Assembly: GCA_043228905.1 (NCBI GenBank)
Contig: JBHGNT010000012.1
Coordinates: forward strand, 18,600,001-18,664,000
Direction: 5' to 3'
DNA from: Azolla caroliniana
Taxonomy: Eukaryota; Plantae; Polypodiophyta
DNA length: 64,000 nt
Part shown: piece by piece, positions 26,466 through 39,283 of the stretch
Layout: every line of letters starts with the position of its first letter
Numbering within the stretch: position 1 is the first letter of the stretch
The notes under the pieces: generated by a model
What the model saw: only the letters and a program-made list of their open reading frames with translations
Told to the model about the DNA's origin: nothing
The model's database searches: none
Made by a program: the position numbers and the translations under genes

Positions 26466-27582
26466 TGTACGCCTATACTCTTTGGTTACCAGAATGTGCT
26501 CAATGTATGCCAATACTCTTTCATTACAAGAACGTGTTAACTTGTCACGGATGTTATTTATTTCTTGATTTCAGTTCTACATGATAGCACGCGTAGATTC
26601 TAATTACTATATTGCATTCATATTTATTTGCAATGATACTACATTACAATGTTGTTTCAACCTTATACCACTCAACCATTACAAGTCTGCACCACTTATG
26701 TCCTTACTAATTGTAATGATGGTTTTGAGTTAATGTTCCATCGGTTAGGTTAAGGTGGTAAATAACATCATGTTGAGTTCTTTCAACCTTACTACCACAC
26801 GATTATTACATGTTGTACAAGAACATCCTTGCTTATTGTAACAACGTGCTCGGTTAGGTTAAGGTGATCAATAATGTGGTGAACTTGAATAATCAAAGAC
26901 AATAATAAGAAAGTTGGGCCATGCCACTTGAGTTATTGTATTGAAATAATCAATAATAGCAATGTACCTCCCACAATGAAAAATGGTTATTTAAAAATTT
27001 ACCTTCGTTCTAGTAATGCTAATATAGTAAGCATGATATTCGACCACAACAAAAAAAAGAGCATGTGCGAAAAGAATATGGCATTCACGAAGAGTATGAC
27101 CTCTGTAGTGCGTATGATAACATTGATGGCTCATTCTCTATAAAAATTTAGGTCATTATAATATGTACTACTTAATTGGATAAAGTTGCTACCTTCATTA
27201 ATTGAAGGACTCGTAAGGGGTGGACATTTTTATGCAACTTTAATGTATAGAACAAAAGTGGCCTAGTTGCAACATAAAAGGGCATATTCTTGACTTCACT
27301 ATGATAGATGATGTGATGTGTAAATTAATGTGTCTGAGAGAGAAAAGAGGGAGAGATTTTATAATTCTACTCGGAGGTCAAAGATGATATATGAGATCAA
27401 CAAGTGAAACCTTTTCATGTAGTATCTATGAACTTGAGCAGTGACTCTCCATGTTCAAATTTTTTATGGATGAGCTGACAACTACGTGTCAATTCACCCA
27501 CAGGCTAGACCCCTGCAAACCTTCATCGGCAATGCCACTCATATCCAAATTTCCTAGTTTAGGATCAAGGTGGTCCTAAACA

Positions 27583-27613
<31 letters not shown>

Positions 27614-30600
27614 TGGATTTTTGCAACAACGTAGAGGGTGATATATTTCTCTTTTATGTGCTTGTAAGATGGGCATCTACACACACAAAATCTTTGCTTC
27701 CGATCTCTCCCTCACATAGTTTGCAACATCTTTGGACTTTGGATATGTTAACTCTATGTTGGCCTATTGCTTTGTGAGCACTGAGTGGCACATAGACTTT
27801 TGCATCCTTTCGCATATCTCGCTCTCCATATGAATCCATCCCATAAGAAGTTTGTAAAATGATCTTTCTAATAGGAAGCTACCTTTAGGGGGAGAGGTTC
27901 CCTTGTGTGATCCAAGTCTTTGGGTAAATAGTTGTTATAGCTCTTTGTTGCACTCCCTTGTTTTGTTTCTCATTTTTGAGAGGTCTACAAATAGAAAGGG
28001 TGGAAAGTTCTCGATGTTGAACCACTTTATCACCAACGAGTACAATGATCCTTTTATGTGTTCCATTGTCATCACTTGCTTCAATGCTTCAAATGCCTCA
28101 TGTGAAATTCTTTGAGGTGGTATGACTTAAATTCGTTTGATCAAGTTCACTACATGAAATAAGACTTCTCCCATCATGGAAGTGTTGTGAATCCAACATG
28201 GATTATTTCAGGTGTAGTAAATGTGTTGTTATATATAATATGTGACAACATCATGACTAGTGGACGATCTATTTGTGTTCATTGTAGGGGGAGCATGGAA
28301 ACCCTTACAATCACACCATGCATGGGGCTAAGGGTGATCATAGTTCCAAAAAGCCATACTTTGGTACAAGGCTCCTAGAAGTTTGCCTAAGCGAATTGTT
28401 GTCCTAGCAAGACTTGAGTTTCATATCCTTGAGCGAGTGGATCCTTGGTAGCTTGGGTCATACATAGAGGCATCCATTCACATTTGTAAATGCAAATCCT
28501 AGAAATAGGAATATATCCTCTTTATAGGGTGAGGAATTAGGATAGATTGTTTTTGAGTCCACACATGTGTGGAAGATCATGATTTCAATCTCTTCCTACA
28601 TTTCTCATGAGCCCTTTTGCAACAATAAACCATCTAGGGCATTGAGATGATGTTGTAGAAGTGCACAAGATTCGTACACAATGATTATATCTCTTTCGAT
28701 GCTTCAAACACTTAAATGCATTCATTTAGATGGCATGATTTGATTAAGTTGATAAGATTCACTATCTAAAATAATGCTTCTACCATCATGGGGAAGTGAC
28801 ACATTCGTATACAGGTGTCCTTTCCTCAAGTAGGAAATTCCTATTTTGTAATTAAGATAGAATTATATGGAAATAACTTAATTATATGCAATAACTAATC
28901 AATCAATTACCACAAGGAACTAGAAGAAAAGTTTGGTAATTTATCTCACGGAAATATAAAAAATACTGTCACAATCGAAAAGGAAAGAGAAGAATATGAA
29001 AAAATTTGTTTTCTTACGATGTTGGTAATCGTATTTAACACACTAACTAATGATCAAATAAGTGCAAGATGCAACTCCATTAAGAGTCTTAGTGTAAGGC
29101 TTCTTCATCCTCACACTTTAGATCATAGACTTCTTCACATCAATCTCATAAGCCCACAAATAGTCAATGTTTTGCCAACATATATAAGTACTAATTTTAT
29201 GGTAAGAACATATGACTCTATGAGCACAAATGTAGCACTAGCCTCATTAATACGTTTGCCATTCATGAACCATCAACTAAGTAATTAAATAGGTGACTTG
29301 CTTATCAAGAAACTAATTATGATATTTGAACTACCTTTGTTAGACATTGAAACTCTCTATTTCCATATCTAGAGCACTACAAGAGCCTAAAATAATTATA
29401 TCATAAGAACTCCAAAAACCTACTACACTCCCCCAAAACTCTACTCAAGTCCTTCACAAATAGTTCATGATTTAATCAATGCTACCATGGTTAATCCAAC
29501 ACCCAGAAACTCTACTCATGTCCCTCACCATTAATTAACTTTCAAATAATTCATGATTTAATCAATGCTACCACGGTTAATCCAACAATCTAGCACTCTA
29601 ATCCTTCCTTTAATTTCTCCTTAATTAACTTGTTTTATCCTAGTGCCTTTAATTATTCTTCTCTTTATGCCCTTACTTGTTAATCCAAATACTCTACCCC
29701 AACCACCAATAATATCTTTTTAATCCCCTTTTTCACATTATTAGCACTAATAAGTTTATATATTATATCACCATGTTCCTTATTCATGTCTTGAACAAAT
29801 AAATATCAAAATCATATTAGTGAAAATCACCCAAGTATGAAAAACCTTCAAATAGTTTCTATTATAAACTCTTGTTTGTGCAGTAATTAGTAATCAACAC
29901 TGGTTTCGCACCTTGTTTAGCAATCTATAATTATATGCTTTAGTATATACATGCTTATGGTGGAAAAAGATGGAAGGTAGTAAGCTTTTTACAAAAGTAA
30001 AAGGAGATGGGTATGCACTAACAATTCAATACAAAATTTATGTATAGAATTGACATCAATAACAAATTGCACGTTTTAGTATGATCATTTAAGTAGTGTT
30101 GCAACCTTTCAAAATTTTGAAAAATAAATCATAATAATAATCGCGAGTTGGAACTTTCATCATCAAAGTTCTCAAAGCAACAATGGACAATTGATTTGAG
30201 GCTTACGCATAAAGCATGCATGATCATGAATTATCTCTTGGTGCATCAATGACACTCCAATGATCACACTATTATGTTAAACACATTTTTTTGTTAAATA
30301 TAAAAAGACGAGATAGCCAATCTTACATTCACACTGAAAGTGCCACACAATCTAATACTCTTCATGAAGCATAAAATATACCATGTATTTATAGTCCATT
30401 ACTGTTTAGCACCTCTAAATCATCAATAAGTACGCACCACTATTATGAAAATGAAAAGAGTATTGACCACACAACTTGTATCACTATATTTAAAAAATTA
30501 TGTGTCATGTATACCTTTGGAGGCAAGATTTATTTACATAACAGGGTAGTCACTGGCATAGAATAGACGAATCGTAATCAGCTTAAGATCAAGCCCTTAC

Positions 30601-30755
30601 ATTCAATTTGTAGCATAGTGACTAAATTTACAAGGTTTATTCTCTTCTCGAACAAATTTAGCCATTCATGGTGGTTTCCAGAAAGAATGTTATGTAGAAT
30701 TGGATTGAAATGATTGAAATCTATGGAGGATACAAGAAGAATGTTGCAACTTTTG

Positions 30756-33700
30756 TCATATCTGTTTCGGAGTTGTCAAAACAAACTCTGTATAAAGGTT
30801 CTTTAATGAAATTGCAACTGTCATAAGCAATGGGCCCATAATTGCTCCCTGGTATATATACAATAAACTCCCTTTGTTTAGCACAATTAATGTAAATAGA
30901 AATCTCCTCTCTCTCTCTCTCTCTCTCCATTGTAATTACCTTACCCTAGTGGTAAGTTGTTGCACTACTACACTACATCTTGGGTTCAAAACTAACAGTT
31001 GGCAACGGTTTGGTTTGAACCGAACCAAACCGCAGCTTAACAGTTTGAACGGTTCGGTTCGGTTCAGGTTCAGGTTTTTTTAAATGGGTTCGGTTCGGTT
31101 TCAACAGTTAGAAACTGCGGTTTAAACGAACGGTTTATTATTATTATTATTTATTTATTTGTTTTAATTTTTAAAAATTGTTTTAAAACAATCTTTTCAT
31201 TTTCAGGCCTTATTCTCACATTTTAGGAAAATCTTTAAAATTTTGAAAATTGAAAGATTTAGAATAATGAAATATTTTAAATTTAAAAAATTTTTAAATT
31301 GAATTTTGACCTAAGTTGAAAACCGAAACCAAACCACAAAACCGCGGTTTTAATGGTTTGAAAACATTTTAACAGTTCGGTTTAACAGTATCATGGTTTG
31401 GTTCACTCTCAAACCGAACCGAACCGTTGCCGATTGTTATTCAAAACCCAACTCTCTCTCTCTCTCTCTAGTTACCAATTCTAAAGGTTAATTTCAACTG
31501 TTTAGGGCAGGATAAGTGGGAAATGAGTTATCCTAGGACCTGTAACACATGGGAATACGTGGGAGTTTGGGAGCCTAAGGAGTCAAGATATATTAACGAA
31601 AACTACATATAGTGAGGATTATTACGGCATTTTGATCCAGATGTGATCGGTGAACAAAGATCTCTTCTCTTGGATCCATTCATCTCAAATAACATATAGT
31701 AATATTCGATCGTATGCAAAATTGACGGTATTTTATATTCATCTCTTGCGTTTCGCTCTGGGGTGTGGGTGGTCTGTACCCTTAAATCATTCTTTTCTTA
31801 ATCTTAATATTCATTGGTTATTAGGATTTGATTCATAGTTTTGGCTCCCCTTGGACACCCCTGTTCATCAGTGGTCAGAAATGCGAAAAAGGAAATGCCT
31901 AGTGGCCAACCGATGGATATATGCATTATGAAATCAGCCAATATTACTGGGTCTTCTCTAAATCAGTTATATGACTGGATTAAGACCCTATGATAGATCA
32001 GGGAAACTGAAAACACCTTGCACAACAATCACGGGATTATGGTGGGCTCTTGCATGGCTACACTTCCAGGCAGAAACTCTAGAACGTCAACTCAGTCAAC
32101 GGCCTGAAAAACATGGCGACAGCTGTAGTACAACTACAAGCAGGTTCAAATACAACACTGTTGATCATCTCATTTGTTTACAGCTTGTACCAGAGGAGAT
32201 TCTGCTTAAACGACAACCATTGTCCTATTCTTTCACACAACCACAGACAAAGTTATGGGGTTTGAATGGAAAGACTTGGAATACCTACATTCACGATGGT
32301 GGCGCAATTACACCAGCAAATAAAATGCAGGTTGAAGGCAAATGAAAGCTTTTCTAGAGATTTCATGAGCACCATAACAGTGAAATGTGGCCAAGGGCAA
32401 AGTCAACAACCTACTGGTAGGATACTATGAAGAGGCAATTGAAGCAGAAAATACCTTGGAATTTACACACCTAGCCAACCCATTCCAAACATGTTTCTAA
32501 CTAATTCAATTGGCATAGCCCATCTCCTATGAAGAGAGCACATGCTGTTCGAGTGCAACCCAAGAGGGGAGATTAGCACTTCTAGTAACTGGAATAGATT
32601 CTTCCACATTTGCTTAAAAAAGAAACGTGTATCTTTTTCCTTCCAGACAGGGAAATGCAAAGGACCATGAACAGATGAACTTTAATGGACTGCATTGTAT
32701 ATAAAAAGACTTTTGCATGGATATATTGTAGATGATCTGTTTAACAATCTTTACTGCTCAAAACTTGAAAACATCCAAAATTTCGCACAAATGTGACAAG
32801 TTTATCGGTGCCACTCTCTATAGCAAGTAATTTATATAAAATGTATACCCCATCAGCGCTTTAGAGAATAATGTAAATAGTCAAGAGCTAACCTCAAGTG
32901 TAGACGAAAATAAGGCAATGCCACCAGCAATACTTAAACCTGTCAAATATGCATTATTGCCGGGAATACCACTCTGAATTGCACCAACACCATAATCCAT
33001 AACTCCAATGTGGGCAGCCATCAGCAAGACAGCTCGAATATATCGTCCCTCCATAGCTAACTGAGCAACAGCTGGAATTGATGACCACCAACTAGGAATA
33101 AGTGGAACAATGGCACTAAAGAATGCTAGTAGGGTTGACATATACAAGAAATGTATATTCAAAAGCCGAAAGAGGAGCCATGTAAAAGCCGCCTGGAAAA
33201 AGGCTGCTTTAACTGTAGCCAGCAAAACACTACTTACAGCATCATCTAATACATCTGCACATCTTGTTCTAGTAGATTTAGATAATGGAAGCATCCCTAA
33301 CACTTGCTCCATCACACCTCCAGATTTGGAAATGATTAAGTAATGAAGTACAGTGAAGAAGATAAAAGAATCTGCACAAAAGCTCAGGAGCTCAGGAGCA
33401 CCAGAAAGAACTGTGCTAGTACTTGAAACAATGAGTCTTGCAATCGCAAACACAAGTATTGAGCTATTTGCAAACACGTGTTTTCCAACTCCAAGCCACC
33501 TCTCTCCAATTTTCTTTGCTTTATCCAATAGTTCTTCTCTTGGTATGTTAAGATGCTCGAGGATAAAATGACCACCTTGTTGAAGCTCCAAATAAGCACC
33601 TTTTAGGTCATATTCTCGACATTTTTGTACTATTGCATGTGTTTTAACCAAAATTGGGTGAGACTGAACCAATTCTGTTGTGTTGGAGTTATTTGCGAGA

Positions 33701-35052
33701 TTTCTTCTCCATTGCCCACGTGCAAGCTGAATAAAGTACTGCTTACCCACATCAGCCAGCTCTGTCATCTGATATTTCTCCGCAAAGACATCTATCTGGC
33801 TAGATACTACATCGTATGCCTTACCTGAATAGCTATCAATAAGCTCAGGAATGTTATTTTCCTCCATCCACTGCTTTAATCCCACCTTCTCTACATAGTT
33901 ACTTCTCTCTACGTGGGATTTCAAGGCAACCACTACATCCTTGCCTTCCAACCCTATTTTATATGAGAACAAGACCAATCCTGATAGAGATCCAAAAATC
34001 ATCAACACAATCAAAAATATTGCAACCAAATGGTGTAGATTGTTCAATAATGCACCAGTAATCCATGCTTCGAATAATTTGTATACTTTTGTGAGTGGTA
34101 ACAAAGCCCATTCAAACCAAGTTCGTGCATGTTTCCATCGCCGGCTAGGTTCCACAAGTAAAGATCGTTTAGCTTCCATTTCCAGCTCTTCAATCTCTGG
34201 CACAAGACCAAGAAGTACGCCAAAGGAGTAGAAAGTGATCACCACAAAAGGTATAATTGCAAAAGAGATTGAACCCATGTATTCATAGGCAAGTGTCAAC
34301 ACAGTAAATGAAACTAACCATTCTGTAAGAGTTGAAAACTTAACTCTCCTGCCTTGCTGGGACCTTCTTTTTCCAATGAGATGAAGCAAAGCAAGTCGAG
34401 CATCAAGTGTGCTAACTATTAAAGCCTTGCATAAGGCCAAAGGAATTGCCAAAAGTGTTCCAAAGAGACCCTGTTTCAAAGAAGTCTCCCAAAAGGATCT
34501 GATAGCCTCATGGATAGCTCTCAACGGCATTGAGCATAGCACTGCCCATTGAATAGGCTTTTGGTAGCATCCCAAGAGCTTCCATATTCCATACATCACT
34601 ATAACAAGAAATATAAGGACGCCATGTGCCATTGCTATATGTATTGCAAGTTGATGATATTGTTGGTGCAGAGCAGTAACTTCCTTGGAATTCTCATCAG
34701 AAATAGATAGGCCAGAATTTTGACAATTATTGAGAATCTGATGTGTGCCATAATGAGCATTTTCTGATATCTCAGTTGCATTGTGATCGGATGAAGGTTT
34801 GTGGACACTGAGAGCATGTGTGCTTTCTTTTTTTCTGGGCAGAGGAGGTTTCTGTGCACTTTCAGCTTCATGTGAGTTGGCTACTGAACCAAGAGCCGGA
34901 GAGGATCTCGAAGATAAGTACCTCGGTGGCGTAAATTGGGACAAGGGGCTCGAGGCAGCAGTCTCAAACATCTCCTTCCATGGTATAGTGCTTGAGCTAC
35001 GGTTCAGACTCTTCTCATTTGAATGACTCAGATCTTTCTCATTGGAAATCAT
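30756..35052 (-). CDS. TMEM245: TMEM245-like multi-pass membrane protein (AI-2E/DUF20 superfamily, At5g55960-like), ~750 aa
   Basis: Exon 1 is 35052-32893 (2160 nt, donor GAG|GTTAG). Exon 2 is 30848-30756 (GAIMGPLLMTVAISLKNLYTEFVLTTPKQI*). Motifs PWKEMF, IAMAHG, KPIQWAVLCSMPLR, FSYKIGLEGKD, SGGVMEQV and YLTGLSIAGG, plus many hydrophobic helices. Confidence 0.9.
30931..31880 (+). mobile_element. LTR-like remnant in the TMEM245 intron, interrupted by a MITE
   Basis: Starts TGTAAT and ends ...TTCATCA, followed by GTGGTCAGA (a decayed tRNA-Met PBS-like TGGTATCAGA). It shares ordered blocks with 62340-62650: AGTTATCCTAGG, GACCT..(A/G)ACAC.TGGGA, GATCCATT, TAACATA..GTA.TATT and GA(C/T)GGTATTTTAT(A/G)TTCATCTC. 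Confidence 0.55.
30993..31439. mobile_element. Non-autonomous hAT-type MITE, 447 bp
   Basis: Perfect 8-bp TSD TTCAAAAC (30985-30992 and 31440-31447). TIRs are TAACAGTTGGCAACGGTT and, as reverse complement of the right end, TAACAATCGGCAACGGTT. It has many subterminal AACCG/CGGTT motifs and an AT-rich core. An 8-bp TSD is typical of the hAT superfamily. Confidence 0.88.
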
Positions 35053-35072
35053 GGTGGCAAATTTTTCAGTTT

Positions 35073-35939
35073 CTATGTCAAATGGGTAATGGAGAAGAAC
35101 AATTCAAACCCAAAAGTTTATTTTGAGCACTTCTGCAATGTGCTACCCATTGAAGAGACTGAATCTCAATAAACCCAACAAGTCCTGGGTAATGAGGATG
35201 AAAAACAGCACACAAAACCTCAACATATTTTCATAGAGCTTGAATCTCGTAACAAATTCTACAATTAGCAGGACACAAAGACCTCCAAATTATTACCTTA
35301 TAATTTGAATCTCATTAAACCCAAAAAACCCTTGCACATAGATCTCCAAAAATTACCCTGAAATTTGAATCTCAACAGAGCCAAAAAAAAATACAAATCC
35401 CTAGATTTTTAACCTAAATCTTGAAACTAACGAGATCTAATAAGGCTTTTAATGAGGATATACAAAAACCTGCAATGGTACTTGAATCTAATGAGACACC
35501 ATAAATCCTATGAGAAGGACAGACAAAATCCTAAGACACCACTAGAATCTCAACAGACTCAATCAATTCTATGATGATCAAGATGCACAAAACCTTAAAA
35601 TATTACCCTAGAATCCTACAATGAGTAGAACACAAAAAACAACCTAGGATATTACCATATAGCTTGAATCCCCGTAGACCCAATAACTTCTGGAACACAG
35701 AAACTCTGAAATATTACCCTCAAGCTTAAATCTCAGCAGACCCAATAAACCCTAAGAGTACCAAAACACCAAAAGCAAAATTCTCAAATTGTATCCTAGA
35801 GCTTGAATTTGAATCAACCCAACAAGTCAGATGATAGTCAAGACACAGAAAACGCCCTTAAAAGGTTACCCTATAGCTTGAATATCAACAGCGCCGCGAG
35901 CAATTATAGATAATATATAAGAGGCTCAGATATACACAC
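35073..35939 (-). repeat. Probable 5'UTR intron of TMEM245, filled with a degenerate ~60-70-bp tandem repeat (~12 units)
   Basis: Donor CAAG|GTGTGT near 35939 and acceptor GACATAG| near 35073, 20 nt before the ATG. A plus-strand ATTACCCT..A.CTTGAATCTCA...ACCCAA motif recurs from ~35160 to ~35880. Confidence 0.6.
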
Positions 35940-38900
35940 CTTGAGGCCCACATGAAGAAGGACATGAGTCTTCCCTGATTTCTTTGATTCTTTTGTGAGG
36001 GAGGATAGACCTCTGGAAAAAACAGGAGGAGGAGAAGAAATCATCAATGGAGATGAATCAGAAATGGGGGAAGGGATGATGACAGGGGGATTGCAAATCC
36101 CAATCCTTGCTCTTTGTTTCTTGTAATGAGAGGAGGGCCCACTTACACTCCTTCCTTTTCATCTGCACTGTTGGCTCTTGACATATCAACAAATTCTGTT
36201 TGTTTTATCCCATAGGTTAAGGTTTTGGTCTGCCATGGCAATGGTCAACCTCTGTGTGGTTTCTAATATGTGTATATTCTTCATGATGAACTGTTGTGGG
36301 CAGCTAGGCTAAGCCAAGCCAACACATCTTTTTTTGTTCTTTTTTTCTTCATCCTTTTGTTTATTATTATCATCCATCCATCCATCCGTCCCTTTTTCGC
36401 CTTTGGATCTTATTGAGCATTTGTTTTGTTTAATGTTTTTTGTGTTTAATGTTTTTTGTTTGCTCGAGGAGCCCGACTCGATGATTACGTAATGTGAGTT
36501 GTTTCCTTGGCTTTCCTTCTCTCTTTTTTGCTCTTTGGATTTGATGGATTTAATGGCAATTCAGCTATCATCTCTAGTTGAAAGGGATCGGCAATGGCAT
36601 CTTTTTTTGGGTCCAAAAAAATAAAAACATTTGCCCTTTAGAAGACAATGATTATCTTTTACTATCTATCTCTGTATTGTGGAGGAATCTTTGTATTTTG
36701 GAAAGAGATTCTGGAAATTGGGACTATGTATCAATGGTATAAAGCTGTGTTTTAGGAACAAAACGATCTTTGTAATATGGAGGAATCTTTATATTTTGGA
36801 AATTGTGATTCTGTGTTAATGTTATAAAGTTATGTTTTAGGAACAAGTTGTCATTGTGCATGATCCCAACTACGAATTATTGTAATTGTATTTTGATAAT
36901 GAGCATGACATTACCACTACATGCACAACATCAATGCTACAAAACAAAAGCTTTATCACTACGGCATCATGTTTTATAATTTTGATTTCAAGTAACATGC
37001 AAATCCAAGATGTGGGGAAGTCTAAAGTCTCCTTTATACATAAACCTAAGGGTAAATAATGCTTTCACATTTTGCTCGAGCACACATAACATGTTGGGAT
37101 TTGATGAAGTAAAAAGTCAATCGTTTCCCCAACTCTATTTGCAAGGCCTTTGTGCTTCTTCATTACATTTGGCAATACATGACCTAGTGTTGTTTGTGAA
37201 ACAAATTTCTTGTTTATCATGGTTAGTGTGTTCTTTTCAATTGTGGACTTCAAGAAGTTATGCTTCTGTAAATGCCACGACTTTTCTCTTGATGGCGTAT
37301 GTAAATTTGGATATTGTAATATTTGAAAATACGTACAAATTTTGGATGAATCAACATTCAAAGAATATCTCATAGTTAATCTAGGAGAATGGCATGTTGT
37401 TAGAAAGAAAGAAAGAAAGATATCTTAATGTCTTCTAAGACCAAAATTGGCCCATGAGACAATTGGTTTACAACAAATTTGGGGTATTTACCCATTCATC
37501 GAAAGTATAAATAAATAAATAAAATAGAACTCAAGCTAAAGAGTTCTAGTAAAAAAACATGTTCGATGGCTTTATACTAGGCCTAGTTTCATTTCCGTCC
37601 AAGTCTCTCGAAAAGAAGCGAGAGGTCAAAGGGTTTCGACGTGGATGTGGCCCGTGGTCCCAATGTAAATGGTACCCCAACCATAGCTCACCTAATTTCA
37701 CTTCATTTTGACACTGCTCACTCTTGAATTACTAATATATCTTAGGTCAAATATGTGTTTGTATATATTGTTTAATTTAGAAAGAGGCATATGATTGTAG
37801 ATATAATGAAAACAAATATATCTAGACTTGGTATAACATGTAAATGTGCACATGATAGTGTTTCTATGCAATCGAAATGCTCCCTACGACATATCAAAGA
37901 GGAAATGAGTATGTGCCATACATTTGCAAAGATTACAGGAATTTGCTCCGTTGAACTTATTTATACTAGCTACAAACAATTTAATCTTTGTTACAATGGT
38001 TTTCTAAGTTTAAACTTTTTCTAGGTCATGCCTCCTATGTACCAACCTAGTGCTCCTAGGGTGACAACCTTATGACCCTTGTCATTATGGCCAAGACTTG
38101 TGATGGTTAAGCTAGATCCAAATATTGCATTGTTATGTTCAAACAAAATAAAACCTCCTCCTTGCTCTTTTGTAGCCAAGTCAAGCTTGTAGTGACTCAT
38201 TGAGGAGGCTCAAGACTTGTTTTTAGATGCTATTTTGATATATTGAAACAAGAGCATTTCCACTTCATAAATAACCTTTACACAATTATGCTTCCTCATT
38301 ATTCTCCTTTAGATACTATATCGAAACAAGAGAATATCCTCTTCATAAATACCCTTTACACAATTTTACTCCTTCATTAATCTCCTTTTGACAATCACAA
38401 ACTCCATTTCCATCACAAAATCTCACTCATTGAGTGTGAAGATAAATCACAACGTGTAAGCAACTTTATACATTGACTATTAGTGTTTTTGAGTCACAAC
38501 ACAATAGTTATAGTTGGCATGCATTAAGCCTTCTTCTTTATTCTATGTTCATTCTACTTTGCTACTCAGCTTGTCAAAAAATTGACTTTAGCTCAACACT
38601 TCCAGAAAGTTAGGAATAAACAATACAATATTTGTCCTTTTTCGAAAGGCATCAAATATCCAATCAATTCAAGCAAGGAAAACTTATTTGAAAATTTTGA
38701 TGGCATGGAAAATTATTTCATGCATTGAAAATTAAATCTTCCCATTGTAAAACTACAAATCTCTATTTTCTAAGATTAAGAGAGCATTCAAATATCTCGA
38801 TCCATAAATGAGAATATGCAATTGCAGTAAATAAATTAGCACCACAAATTATAACTTACTCTTCATTGTCCTTGGATTGAGAATGAGCAATTGCAGTAAA

Positions 38901-39283
38901 AAGTGAAAGACCAAATTAAAGCTTACTCTTCCTTGTCCTTGAATACTAGTTGTGGTAAAAATGTAAACATGTGCGAACCATCAAGAATCAAAAAATACAA
39001 CTCAATAATTGAGGTTATTAATCAAGGAGCAAATGAGGTGCCATTAAACTTGGAAAGTATTGCATGCTCCATTATAGTTTCAGGTGTTTAAAGCACGCTT
39101 CAATTTATTACAAAGATTTGTATTTCCACCCAGCGGTATATCAGAAAAAATAGGGTGATGTTAGGATGTTATACAACTATTTATATATATATATATACAT
39201 GCAAAATTTTGATGCCAAAATTCTCACTGTGTTAAATTCACAGAGGTATGTGTTGCCATTGTTGGTGAGTTTATAAATATTAT

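Noticed and set aside
27400-28800. Probable decayed transposon coding sequence
   Set aside because: The composition suggests old TE DNA, but I could not read any diagnostic domain, TIR or LTR.
33110-35026. Several plus-strand and off-frame ORFs over TMEM245
   Set aside because: They are shadow ORFs of a long real exon, with no recognisable motifs.
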